DNA of 64,000 nucleotides from Perkinsus olseni (Eukaryota): NCBI GenBank assembly GCA_013115125.1, contig JABANN010000100.1, positions 1 to 64,000 of the forward strand, read 5' to 3'. Shown piece by piece: positions 11,101 to 25,886 of this stretch (position 1 is its first letter; each line of letters starts with the position of its first letter). The notes under the pieces were generated by a model. It saw only the letters and a program-made list of their open reading frames with translations, ran no database searches and was not told where the DNA came from. The position numbers and the translations under genes were made by a program.

Positions 11101-13465
11101 AACCTCTTCAAGTTCGGACACCTTCCCGCCAAAAAACTTCCCACCACCCCACCGCAGTCTGCCGTCAAACGCCTAACAAAATCGTCGATCAAAACTCGCT
11201 TCGCTCCGCTAAGAAAATATCCAAGCCACCTCTCCTACACAGCGCTGAGGTTGAGGACCATCAATTGAGGATGGTCTCCGGATAGCAACAATTGCAATCT
11301 CCTTCGACCAACAAACGCGCTGCTTCTGGAGACGTCCAGAATCTCCACAGTGGTATCTGACCCGACATCATTGCTTTTCACGGAAAAAAAGATACGCCAT
11401 GCTGCGCTTATTAGCTTCTCATCGAATTGTGTTACTCCCGAATACATGCCGAAGAGAGAACGATCAAAATCGATCACGCAATCGATTTTCAGCCTCGACG
11501 TGGCCCGTCTTATTACGGCTGCTCTCCCCTATCACCGACAACATCTCTTCCGGTGACAAATTGATAAATCTCAGTTTCTTGAGGCATATCTTAGGTTGAT
11601 CCTGGCCTTCCGCGAAGAGTCTAGATTCCTCCACACTCTCTTCCTCATTCTCCGACATCACCTCAACATATCGCCGCACTGTAACGTCCAACTGAAGCCG
11701 ACAAGATTCCCACCGGGCGAGCGAGATTTACATTCGAACAAACAAGATTTTCGCAATATTATGCCAGTTCATCGCATCACTTACTACCTCTTCAAGGGTC
11801 GATGACGCTCGCTTGCTTATCTCTCCAAGCCACCCAAGATACTCCCGTCGAGCCGATATTACGGCTCCGCAAGATTCCATAGTAAGCGCCAACTTCTTCA
11901 GCTTGGGCAGATGGCCACGAGAACCGGTAAGGAGATGATGGAGAGCGTCAACGCTCTGAGGAAGATAAAAAATTTTTCCCGGAAAAATCCACTACAGAAC
12001 CGACTTCTAGAGCGGCAAAATTGACGGTGGCATTCTCCCTCTTTCGCAAGAGTCGCAAAAAAATAAATTATTTTTTTGCTAAATTTACCAATTTTTTCCT
12101 ATTTTCCCAAAATTTGTCCGAATAAAATTTCACCACAATACCTCCCCTACAATATCGTCTCTAAGATCAGTCGAGCTCAAGAACGGAACCCGACCGACAG
12201 ACTAAATTATAAACTCCGTATTAAACCATCACCATCTCTTCGCGGAGCGAAGCAGTCCACATTTCTACTTTTAAATGGGCACTCTGGACAAGTTGCCAGT
12301 CAAGACGCATCCTCACGCAGTCCTCGTCTTCTATAAAGTGAACAACTTTCCACCTTCCATCTAACCAATATTGAGGAAATGCAAGATTGCAAGATTTTCC
12401 TCTATTACCGTCATCCATACCAAGCCTTCGACATGAGGCGCTCGCCTGACCCAGCCTGTAGAAGTCAGCTGAGGTCATATACTCCGCTGCGACCTACATC
12501 AACGCTCTAGCAAGAGCAAATCTTGCAATCTTGAATTTCCTCAATTTACCTCGGCAGCCACTCTAAATGCCTGCTGCAAAAGTCCTTCTCCGAACCGACA
12601 CGCCCACTCAGACTTCGCCTGAAATGACGTAGAAGAACAATCCTCAACGACAACGGAAAAAATTTCACAAAAAAATTTCGGACGACCAAAAATTTTCCAA
12701 CCCTTCTCCGCTTGCTGCCTTCAGCTGAATTTTACTATCGAGCAGGAAGGGAGGAGACAAGATCTACGGAAATGAGGATCCTCAGGTCAAGCTCATGTAT
12801 AGCATAGCTGCTTGTCGCAATAAAAATGAAAAAAGAAATAAATTTTTCCCGTCAAAATTTGCGGGGAAAATGTAGTCGAGTTCTTCGAGCAAGATAGAGG
12901 AGCTCGAGCAGAAGGTGAATAATAACGTAGAGCAATGAAACCCTCACAAAAATGTGAAAATTGGGGAAAACTGTGAAATTTTCCATGAACATGATAACAA
13001 ACATGAACCAAACATGAAAGAACAAAAAGATACAATACGTCCAATTTGGATGATTATGATGCTGAATAAGCTAACCCAAGAACCTCCCCCCTTCCCCGCT
13101 CCACGACTACCTGTTTGAGGGCCCCTTCAAGCAACATGACATCTCTCCTCTCTAGTGCCACTCTCTTCATCGTAGCCTCCAGCTGCTGCCGAGCACTGGT
13201 TAATAACTGTACCGTAGCATAAGGAGAATAAGAGTAGGGAAGGTCAACGCGGTTCGAACAATCTCCCATTTTTGTTGTGAAGAAAATTTCGACCATTCAC
13301 CCTCGCGCGCCACGAAATTATTACCTTCTCCTTTCGCTGTATATAATCGGCCAAGTCCTGATCGCTGATGGTCCGTATCGGATGATTGCCGTCCAGCAGC
13401 TCGGTGAGGGCCTCCGGGAGTCCGTAGCGGCGGCGCTCCGATGTAGACGGGAGAGGTGACTTCAT
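8156..13465 (-). CDS. Putative large F-box-like/leucine-rich-repeat protein with a C-terminal dynein stalk MTBD-like segment (may be two genes)
   Basis: Start MKSPLPSTSERRR; F-box-like LEWLPE..VAAEYMTSADFYRLGQASASCRRL; LRRs CPNLKRLDLSDNSEMGN and RVCFDNNQLGNDG; tail LRELKSLPRPHPVVHLVVSCLPILL..PWQTLRQELL..AAAVVFEWVLLAYE. Confidence 0.55.
10786..10853. repeat. Exact 34-bp tandem duplication spanning a probable splice donor
   Basis: GCCTCTACCCGCACTACCATGCTGCCGAGTATTT x2. Confidence 0.9.
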
Positions 13466-13628
13466 AATAAATATAAAAATAAGAAACAACTAGCGATGAC
13501 AGCCCACTTGTGACTATCAGGGTCACTTCAAAAAAGCCTTCCGCGCGGTACTGGGAATCTTAAAAGGTGGTCAGGGAGTATGTGTGTAAGCCTGTAGTCC
13601 AACGGCACCGGTAGTACCGGTTAGGTTG

Positions 13629-16600
13629 TTAGATTTGCCTCTCAGATAAGCGCTCAACCAGAGAGTTGTCCACGGTCTCATATACGGCGATTCTCAGACG
13701 GGCTGCCATTGAGATTCGACCAGCCAATACTGTGTATGCTGCGCCAGAGTTGATGGGGAGAGCAGAGAGAGCAAAACGATCGAACAACCAACCCTTTCCA
13801 TCAATAACACGGGCAACCTCAAGATACGCCGAAATAGCCTCCAATGGGGGGACATCAGATTCATCATAATCATCATCAGCATGGTGAGGCCCGTCAGCCT
13901 CCTTCAACAGGGACTCCTCTCTCACAGGATCAACAATCCGCAAAGATACGCCCTTGCTTAGCGGCAAGAACTTCGCTCCACTAGATTCATTCTCAAATTT
14001 CCCCTCCCTCATTCCAGAGCTTGACGGGACTTGAGGTGGTGGATCGACCTACGGAGGAAACTTGCAGCAACTTGCTCTCTTGCTCGATTCCTCAACGCTC
14101 GATCTATACCACCTTCGCTTCGCCGTTTCTTCGATCATTCTTGTCGCTCTCTTTCACCCGTAGGAATCCCGATCGGTCCGCACGCGGCATTTCTATCCTA
14201 AAATGAGAAAATATACCGCATGAAAGGATCGATCCAGGGACCTCCCTATATGAAGACCAGCACACGAACCTGTTGACGTATCCCACCTCAAAGCACCCGT
14301 TGTACTGCTCCGCTTCACTGTAGACGCGTGCACTACGACTTCACACGGCGTCCTCAACTGCGTCAGCTTCTCCTTGATGATACACCTACCGCGGCCATCC
14401 AGGATCTGGGGAAGTTATGGTATGCACGCATGCACAAAAGATACCTGACGTAATTAGGTTGAACGTCCACGTCTATCAGGCTCGTCTCCAGGAAAGCCGG
14501 CACATGTATTTCCATGACAACCATTCCAGGCGTACCGAACTTATCAATATGGAAGTTATATTTACCCTCATTACACTGCCGTATCTAAACCCAAAGTTCC
14601 CTGGTTCGAACCCCAGCGCCGTCAACAAAAAAGAGGCCACTACCTCCCCTCGCTGATTCATAGGCTCCGGTACCTTACGCGGTGGCTTCGGTTCCAAACC
14701 TATTATTAACATTCCTAGCGGAGCGAAGCACCCCCCTCTACCAAGCCTTTTCTTCTCCCTCTTCTCCTTCTCCTCCTTAGCTGCCGCTTGCTCTCGGTAC
14801 ATCTCCAGACGGGACTCCACCGTGTACGCATCTGCAATATGGGAATAATAGTTTCAACCATTTAAACTCTTATTGTGTTAACTGTTATCTGCCCAACTGT
14901 TTTTCCCCATTTTTCCATTTTTCCCATAAATTTCGCCATATTTTTCCATATTTTCCCGTTCTCCCTATGAATTTTTCAATATTTTTCCGTATTTTCCCGT
15001 TTTTCCTATAAATTTTACCATATTTTTCCATATTTTCCCGTTTTTCCTATGAACTTTTCCATATTTTTCCGTATCTTCCCGTTTTTCCTATAAATTTTTC
15101 CATATTTTTCCGTATTTTCCCGTTTTTCCTATAAATTTTTCCATATTTTTCCATATTTTCCCGTTTTTCCTATAAATTTTTCGATATTTTTCCGTTTTCC
15201 CTATGAATTTCTCCATATTTTTCTTCCAATTCTTTCAAAAAATTCTTTATATTTTTTGAATTCTAACTTTTCTATCTTTCACTATTCGTTGACACTATTA
15301 CAAACATTATTCAAGAGCAGCAACAGCTCACTTTCAAGACGATGGTGATAGAAGAGGTTCTCACTTCGGCAACATTATTACCAAAATTTCACCTAACCAT
15401 TACTGGGGCGACACCGCTCCCCGGGGAGCACGATCGCGGCGACCGAGGCGATCAATATCAATACCGTAACTTCACTAAATCATAAGTCTCCGAGTCATGC
15501 CATCGATACTTTCACAGAATTGCTTTGTGATACCTCCGCTATTCGAAAAGATATCTCTCTATCACACCCTAGTACTCGACGAGGTCGAAAGATTCCCCTC
15601 AACAGTCTCCCCAGCACATCCAGTCAATCAAGAACAATGTCTACTTGATGTATATATTTGTCGGGTGCAACAAATAATCAATACCACAACTTCACCAAAT
15701 CCTCTTACCTTCATGCGGTTTGACGCCATGTTCTCTTTCGTAGTTCTTCTTCTTAATAGAGTAATCCGACAATTTCTCCAACTCCTTTTCAAGCATCGGG
15801 AGATCTCTTTTGGCCTGAACCATAATCGACCTAAGATATTCTTCCGCGTGTTCCCCAAGACCTGTATCCTCTCGCTCGGAGCAACCAGAGTGCCGTCCAG
15901 CTGCAGCAAGCCAGGCAGTCTCGCCACCACGTACTTCCTAAGAAGGAAGTCACCATTCGAGCATGAGTTACGGAAGTTGTGGTATCAGACCAGGACCTCG
16001 CCTTCGGCCAGTCCATGCAGGGGTTCCCCAGAAGATACAAATCTTCAAGATTATAATTACACTGAAACGGCCAGCGGAGAATCTATCATGTGCATGCGTG
16101 CAAAAGATACCTCCAAATTAGTAATGGAATCTTTCAGATTCTCGATGTCAATGAAGTTCACGGTCAAGTCCAGTTTCCTCAAACTCTCACACCGCGCCAA
16201 TCCTAACAACAACACCACCAACCATCAGCTCCACTTCCGTCACGCGCCACGAAATTACTCCTCCGAGAGAGCTCAGAGATCTTCGCACCCGTCAGACTAC
16301 AGTTCAGAAGTTCACTACGATGCACCCGGGTTCGATTCCCCCCAGCTACTACCCTCGATTTTTTCTATATTATTCACAGCAACATTAAGATATTCCAACT
16401 CCTTGAGTTTGTTAAGATTCTCCAACCTCCCAATGACGTTGTTCTGCAGCAGAAGTATCTTAATCCTCCGGCACCGGTCCCCCAGGCACTTCTCGATTTT
16501 TTCTATCTCTTCTTGGTGCAGTGCTACCTAAAAGATAGTCCATACCATCCACAAAGAATTTCGTGGCGCGCGGTCAAAACGGAGAAGTCCATCCGCAGTG

Positions 16601-16748
16601 TCAGCTCATACGTATCGCGCAAGAGTCGAGCTAAGATACCACCTTGAAGTATCTTTCCAACCTCATCTATTACCTCCTCGAGATCAGCCAAGATTCCCTC
16701 GTTATGCTCCGCGCGTTTCCTAATCAACTCCTCCGTCAGGGGTGGCAT
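13629..16748 (-). CDS. LRRC6: LRRC6/DNAAF11 (Tilb) dynein assembly factor, multi-exon; 3' end uncertain (13629 or near 13830)
   Basis: [25 protein letters not shown]; LRRs [26 protein letters not shown]-like region [11 protein letters not shown]...[15 protein letters not shown]; acidic tail DESDVPPLE. Confidence 0.88.
14214..14287 (-). pseudogene. Full-length tRNA-like ghost (74 nt) filling LRRC6 intron 14198-14286, sense
   Basis: GGTGGGA TA CGTC AACAGGTT CGTG TG CTGGT CTTCATA TAGGG AGGTC CCTGG ATCGATC CTTTC ATGCGGT A. Confidence 0.65.
14586..14624 (+). pseudogene. tRNA-like 3' half, antisense in an LRRC6 intron
   Basis: AGTTC CCTGG TTCGAAC CCCAG CGCCGTC A. Confidence 0.6.
14900..15227. repeat. 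AT-rich minisatellite, 41-bp unit, about 7 copies, in an LRRC6 intron
   Basis: Unit CCTATAAATTTTTCCATATTTTTCCGTATTTTCCCGTTTTT; CCTAT recurs at 15005, 15046, 15087, 15128 and 15169. Confidence 0.9.
16310..16351 (+). pseudogene. tRNA-like T-arm/B-box, antisense in an LRRC6 intron
   Basis: GCAC CCGGG TTCGATT CCCCC CAGCTAC. Confidence 0.55.
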
Positions 16749-16851
16749 CAATGACAAAATCGACAATTCCTGCCGGAGACCGTCCACTCACTAGAGCAAC
16801 CCGAGAAGCACCAGGAGAGAAGAGAAAAGCTACATACGACGAGTTAGACAG

Positions 16852-17491
16852 TCACATGCCGAAGACTCTGTAAAGAAGTGCAAAAAACATCGCCGCGCCT
16901 GCTCCGAACATCGCGCTGTTACCTGAGGGTTGGGGGGGTGTCCGCGACGATTGAACGATGAGTCTCTCCGAAGGCCCACCTAGCGCCCTCATGAGCGTCT
17001 CTGGCTTGCCGCTACCGATGGGAGTGGTTGCATTAGACCTAGGATGCCACCAGTACCTGATAAATATACCCTTACCAAGATTTGAACCCGCGACCTCCCT
17101 CGTATGAGCCAAAGCCTCTACCGTCCCGACTAAAGTTGAGTATTACACCCCTCCGGAGTTGACATCTCGGATTGGCAGCCAAGAATCTTCCTCTTTCGCC
17201 TTGTCAACCACAGACTGCGGGATGTTGTCCGCTGAATAGAGCTTGGTGGAATCCTCAGGGGGAGCCCACTGACAGAATTGGGGAAGGAGTGGTATGAGCG
17301 CATTCTCAACCCGATACTACCGGTTGGTTCGCCTCCGGAGGGACCTTGTACGACAGCCCTCCTCTGATATCACCACTCGACTTCCTCTTCGTACAGAAGC
17401 TTCTCCCCACGCCCCACCGAGGAAGCGACCGGTTGAAATAACAGCCGGTCAGAAGCCGCAAACCTGACGGGACAAAATCCAGGTAGATCAT
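16852..17491 (-). CDS. Small WW-domain-like protein with a C-terminal hydrophobic segment
   Basis: Spliced SWLPIRDVNSGGV|YWWHPRSNATTPIGSGKP (WW-like) across intron 17057-17146; tail MFGAGAAMFFALLYRVFGM*. Confidence 0.6.
17067..17139 (-). pseudogene. Full-length tRNA-Met-like ghost (73 nt), sense in intron 17057-17146
   Basis: TCAACTT TA GTCG GGACGGTA GAGG C TTTGG CTCATAC GAGGG AGGTC GCGGG TTCAAAT CTTGG TAAGGGT A. CAT sits at the anticodon position; stems are broken. Confidence 0.75.
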
Positions 17492-18369
17492 AGCAAGCCT
17501 ATGATGCAGGGCATGTCCCTACGAGCTGTAATTAATCAGTATCAAAAAATAAAGTCACTTTCCGTAATAAAGTACCGCCGTCATTGAGACAACGAATGAG
17601 ATTCATCAGGGGTCAGGCATCCCACCATCCGCCGTTTGGTCCCCGTGCTACTCCAAAAGAAGAAAAAGCACTACGAGATCAGTGCCAACGCTTCTCAATC
17701 TCGTGAAGAAAAACGTCCCATCCCGACTGAGCCAGCCCCGAGGAGGTATCTTCGGCCCACGCGCAATGAATTTAATCTAACATCACGTGGCGGTCTGCGG
17801 GAGTAAGAGTTGATGCAACGAGTGCAGCAGCCAATAGTCAATACCACACCACTCCCAACTCCTTCAGATTCACTGCTACACATCCCTGACCTAAAGATAC
17901 TTCTAAATCCTTCCCCGTGCGAGTCCCGGGATACGATGATCCCCAGTGAGAAAACCATCATCTTTGAACCTCTTCATTCTGCCCTCGCCACGATGATCAT
18001 GAGTTGGCCACTATAAAGTACATTCCGCAGGCCCCATGACAGATGGGCCTGCAGACCGGGGAAAAACCCGGGTGCCGTGTTTCCAGTCTCAGTCGGCCTC
18101 TAACAACCCCTGATGATCCTTCCGATACCCCGTCCCTTTGGACCACAGAAGCGACACCGCCGTCACCCAGCCAGTACTACCACTCGCGTAGCTGCTCAGT
18201 CGTCCCACGGTTTGGATGGGAAGCCGAGGCATCAGTACGGGAAGTTTATCAAAAATACCAAATTGCAGACGTGCAACGAACCGCTCCGCCGTTGAGGAAA
18301 TGCAAGTGTTCATAAGTGCGCAAGATTCGAGCACACTTCCCGCGTCCAGCTCCCATCTTCCAGCTCAAC

Positions 18370-21209
18370 ATGAGGTTAAAACGGGCTTTACTCCGCCATG
18401 TGGGGCTGCTGTCTGCTGCCTCGGTCATCGCTCTCACACTATCCGGGGCCAGCCGGTCCGAAGATATTAGGACCATGGAGCGAACGTAAGAGGTTAACCT
18501 ATCGTCAAAGATACGCCCAAAGATTCGCTTGGCAGCCCCTTGGGTGAAATAAGCGCTGCCGTTGAAGGGAAGCTGCAGGAGACCATCAGCCTGTTGGTGG
18601 ACCAGAAAATAACCGAGGAGCTCGAGGTAAACTAAAATACGCTTTTCAAAAATCGTCGCTGTGCGCAAGTCTCGAAATGGTTAGGGGTTAAAGGAGGAAA
18701 ATGCCCGTCTACGCGAGAAGGTTGAAGAGTTGGATGATAATCGAAGGTACACTCGCATATCTTGGGTTGAAGCAAGGCAGATACAAAATAGGTCAAGTTG
18801 AGAGCCTTCGAATTGTCAGGGCGCTCGAGGAAGACTCCAACCGGCGACACTTCTACCTGAGTGAATCGCAGCGGACCGACGCCATCACAGGGGAGCTGAT
18901 GAGCACCATGTGGAGGATCCTTACCGGCGCTATGATCATGTTCATGCAGGTTGGACCACTGCTGCTGCCTCCGATTTAGTACCACACTTCGCCCTTCTCA
19001 GGCCGGTTTCGCTATGCTGGAGGCCGGCTCGGTGAGGGTCTACAACGTCCAAGCTATCCTTATGAAGAATCTTTTAGACGTCTGCATCAGTAACTAGCAT
19101 CAACCTAAGATACGCCCTTACTTAGCGCTTATCAGGTCCAATGATTTGGTGGCTGATGGGCTGGGGCCTCGCCTTGGGTTACACAACTGACCCTGTTACC
19201 GGCGAGCTCACCAGTGGCTCCCAGTTCAGTGGTAACCGAAAAGTCCCGGGTTCGAATCCCCGCAACGACACCATCCAATCTCAGGTGGGAGTGGTTATGC
19301 TGGTACTGGTCTCACCGAGTACTGCCTTGAATTCGACCCGACCACTGGAGACTGCATCGACAACGCGCCGGCGCCCCTCGGCAAACCCAAGTTCAGTCCG
19401 GACGAGTTCTTCTTTTTCTGGACATTCTCCGCAGCTGCTTCGACCATCGTCAGCGGTGGTGTCGCCGAACGAGTAAAACAACCCTCCATCGTCAATTTCG
19501 TGGCGCGTGACGATTCACTCTATCAGGTCCGCTGCTCCTCCTACTTCCTCTTCTCCTCCCTCATGTCTGGGTTCATCTACCCCGTCCTGGTCGCCTGGCT
19601 CTGGAGTGGCCACGGTTGGCTCAGCAAACCAGCTGACGGAATCGACGCAAGCTTCTATGATTTCGCCGGTAAGAACTTCCTTCTCGAGAGCCCCGGAACA
19701 GAAGCGTCCGGTTGGTCAGGGTCGGGTGTGGTCCATTTGACTGGAGGCATCGCAGCTTTGGTTGGAGCTAAGATACTCGGCCCGAGGAAGGGTCGCTTCG
19801 ACGAAATGGTGGACCAGACGGAGTTCGTTCCGCATTCAATACCCCTGATTGTGCTTGGTAAGCCGTAGGTCCCGGGTTCGATCCCCAGGCCCTCCTATTT
19901 CAGGCACCATGATCCTGTGGTTTGGATGGATCGGCTTCAACGCTGGCTCTACCAGCACCTTCCAGTCCATCGTCGACTCAAACAAGGCAGCTCGCTCCGC
20001 CATGAACACCGTCCTCTCGGGAGCCGCCGGTGGGATGAAACCCGCCTCCTTCGCCGCTGACAGCAGGCCCCTCCCTTCAGGTGGCTTCACACTCTTCATC
20101 ATCCGTTTGGTTTTCTTCAACATGTACGACGTTGCAGGGGTCTGTAACGGCTGCCTGGCCGGGCTGGTGGGCTGCTCGGCTGCCCTAGAGGGCTCTTACC
20201 GCTAGCTCAGGTGTCTATTACGGCTGGGTCGGCTAACGTGACTTCCTTCAGTGCCATCATCATTGGCATCATCGGTGGGTCCCTGTAAGTACGCCAACTT
20301 ATCATGAGGTACTGAAGGAGTTTTTTATCAGCTACCAGACAGCTTCCCGCATGGTGGCTCAACGTCGCATTGACGATCCGATCGACGCCTTCGCCGTCCA
20401 CGGCATGGGTGGCATCTGGGGTTCCATCGCCTGCGTCCTCTTCGACTACGGAAGCGGATTCAGGTGAGCATCATCAAGGGCGGCGGCCTACTGTCCATTC
20501 CCCTCCCTTCTTTCAGTGTATTCAGTCAAGGTGACATCACCCGGATCGGACCTAACAACTACGAAGCCGCTGTTAGCGTCGGCACTCAGCTCGGGGTAAC
20601 AACCAAAGATACGCCCTCCTCGGAACGATAGTCGTCTGGGATGATCCGCGCATTTCCGAGGAGTCGCGAGTGAAACGTTTGCAGCCGTGAAGAGGTTGAC
20701 CCTTGCATTTCACAGTTGTAAAAGATACTTCATTTCTACTGGGAATAAATATCTTTACCGTAAAAGTTTTTCAAGTGGAAACGGAATTACACCCGTCTGC
20801 CACGCTCGATTTTACGAGACACAAGAGAAACGTCCATCAACAAGAGCGTTCATGATCAATTAGAATAATTTCATTGGAATCTTATTTTCTGTTTTCTGCC
20901 AGGTCAACATCCTCGGCATCCTAATGATTATACTATGGTCTGGTTTCTGGAGCTCCCTGGTCTTCCTCATCTTCCGAAGGGTAACCAATCTCCTCATCGC
21001 CCCGTGGTCTTAATTTTCCTTTTTCCAGTTCGACCTCCTCCACGCCACCGAAGAGAATGAAGTTTTCGCTCCCGACGACTACATGCAGTTCTCCTCGAGA
21101 AGGAAGCCCGGGGCCGTCCACCCCGATGACGTGTCGGACTTCTCTGAAGGGAAGTCTAACAAATCGAGGGTGTCAGACTCCAACAGAAACAACAACAGTC
21201 GGGCATTGA
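18370..21209 (+). CDS. AMT: Ammonium transporter (Amt/Mep family), multi-exon, with a signal-peptide-like N-terminus
   Basis: FMQAGFAMLEAGSVR, FFFWTFSAAASTIVSGGVAER, FYDFAGSGVVHLTGG, LGPRKGRF, ILWFGWIGFNAGS, IDDPIDAFAVHGMGGIWG. Confidence 0.95.
19232..19273 (+). pseudogene. tRNA 3' half, including CCA, forming AMT intron 19232-19284
   Basis: GTAA CCGAA AAGTC CCGGG TTCGAAT CCCCG CAACGAC A CCA; removing the 53-nt intron is required to keep the AMT frame. Confidence 0.8.
19858..19896 (+). pseudogene. tRNA 3' half forming AMT intron 19858-19903
   Basis: GTAA GCCGT AGGTC CCGGG TTCGATC CCCAG GCCCTCC T; removing the 46-nt intron joins IVLG to TMILWFGW. Confidence 0.8.
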
Positions 21210-21705
21210 AGGAGATGATTGACGGGTCGAGAGAGGAGCTCGATAATGGTGATGATTAGTACAGATGCTGTGACCAGATATCAGTACCATTACCACCTTA
21301 TTAACCATGTTCGATGATACTACGCTGTGCAAAACCGTTGTGAAGAGGAGCAAGGCGGCTTCAGTTTAAAGGTGTTAATAACGGCCACCTCGCTAACGAC
21401 CATTTCGGAGAGTTATGTAGAAAACAAGCGCAGGAAAAACTAACCGTTAGGAAATGAAAAAAAGATCAGCATCAGTTGCTTTATCAGCAGGACAGGAGAG
21501 ATTTCTCACTGCCATTAATAATCCCTCTGCTGTATATTTGAAAATGCGCGAGTTTTCTAACATGGGGTAGGAGAAGTCGCCGCGCCGTCAGCGGTGAGAG
21601 CCTCTCCCCGCCTCAACACTCCGTCGCCCATCCCTCAGCCCGATTGATACTGGACAACGCGAACTCTGTCATAACTACCCTGGTAGTAGTAGCAGTACGT
21701 GTGGC

Positions 21706-23340
21706 AATTTACTTTTTAGATTGCTTCCCTCCACCGGACTTCTTCCGCTGCGAGGATCCCTTCCTCTTCATCGCCTTAGCCGACCCCAACAGTTGCTTAT
21801 CAACCTGTCAGCCACGTACCACACCTTCGCCTACTCGCACCTCTTTCTACCTTAACAACGCTCGGCCGAGCTCCGCCGCCCAGACCCAGATCCGTGCTGC
21901 CCTGCGCCGCATTGGTCTGAGTGGCTTCTGCCGCCAACTGGGCCTCCATCACTCGCTGCCGAGTACCGCCGATTCTCTGAAAAGCTCCAAGTGAAACATA
22001 TCCCTTTGCCTTTCAAAAATGTATTAGGCCAGTCACGTGCTTGAAAATAGCATATTACCGAGTTGAGACAGGGAATTGGCGGTAGGGTCGAAGTAGAAAC
22101 ATGAAGCTTGCGAATTAAGGAGCCATTTTACCGGCCAGCCTCGAGTGAGGAATTCAATTACTCGGATAATGCCCTTCAGCTGTGTACTAAGAAGACCGAA
22201 CCAGCTAACGACTGGAAGAGATTCTGAAGACCAGTATTCTTTATTATTGGTGTGATCACAGCGGCGGGGCTCTTTGGGCTAAGAGACGTGGCGATTGAAT
22301 CGTGTACAGCACGATTTATAAGGAAAGCTTCTACCGATTAAGGTCCTCAATCTCCGAGATAATTTACTACATGCATGATCTTATCAGCCACTGATCTCGC
22401 CTTCCCCTGCTTCGGTTTGTTGACCCTCTGGGTGGCGGACTTGCCGGACTTCTTCTTCCCGAGGGGCTTCTGTACCATCGCCAACAACTCAAAGTAGAAT
22501 CGCTACAGCCAGGCACAGATCTCCCGACCAACCCAACCACCAACCATTCCTCAGGAAACCACACCCTCAGATGTTGTTGTCGATTCTGAAGGCTCTCCCT
22601 CCTCCTCATCATCATCGCTCTCATCCTCACTCGGGCCGAAAACGACGAAACGAATAATCCGAATTATTAGGTAGATATACCTGCGAAGGAACAAACATTA
22701 TATAAAATCGGTATTGATGTCTATCAATGACAAAAGGTTCGATGAAAGGGTCAAACATCACACTGCTCCGTCGGCTGACGACGTTATGGCGGCTCTGAGG
22801 CCCGTCGACGACGGGCCGTCGAGTGCCCGCTGCATTCTGAGGCCCGTCGGAACTGGATCGGTGGATCTGGGGTTCACTCCACGACTATGCTCTACTCTTA
22901 AACATGTCCCTCAGCTTTCTCATAGTCGTTTCACCCGAGGATTGAGACCGATAAGAACCTCCCCTATGACTAGCCCTCCACTTACTCCAACTGCATGTTA
23001 GTGGCGACACATGTAGCTCGGCAGATGGCGGCAAATACATGATACTCGCCTTCGGTGGGATCGAGGTAGTTCAACACTCGAAGATTCGCGGACAACGGCA
23101 ACTGAAAAACCACAGTGACCAACAGGGGAAATGCAATCGAATTGGCAGAAAAAAATTGATTTCGGGGGAAAAAATTACTTCGGAGAAAAATCCATCGTGG
23201 CAGAATCCCTCCTCCTCCTCAGTGGAGTTCTCGTCTTCAGCACGCTTCAACCTCGGATGCGCCTCCAACTTCCTCTGCACCGCCGCTGCCACTCGAACTG
23301 TCGTAGCTTCCCCTTCCGAAGCGGCTACATTGCCAGCCAT
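21706..23340 (-). CDS. Hypothetical protein with acidic and Lys-rich segments (possibly a continuation of the MAPK gene)
   Basis: Exon-like pieces MAGNVAASEGEATT..., SEDESDDDEEEGE, EAPRKKKSGKSAT and KRKGSSQRKKSGGGKQSKK*, with GT-AG boundaries. Confidence 0.4.
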
Positions 23341-23399
23341 CAGCGACAGGCACTTACCTACAAAAACTCGTGGCGCGTGACGCAGAAGGGCCCCTGTAA

Positions 23400-25886
<2,487 letters not shown>

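Noticed and set aside
14214-14287. Possible UGA-suppressor or selenocysteine tRNA (TCA at the anticodon position)
   Set aside because: The acceptor, anticodon and T stems do not pair and there is no long variable arm. Treated as a ghost element.
15497-16531. 344-aa plus-strand ORF
   Set aside because: Antisense shadow of LRRC6 exons and introns, with no domain signal.
17067-17139. Functional tRNA-Met gene
   Set aside because: The acceptor and anticodon stems cannot form. I found no intact cloverleaf anywhere in the window.
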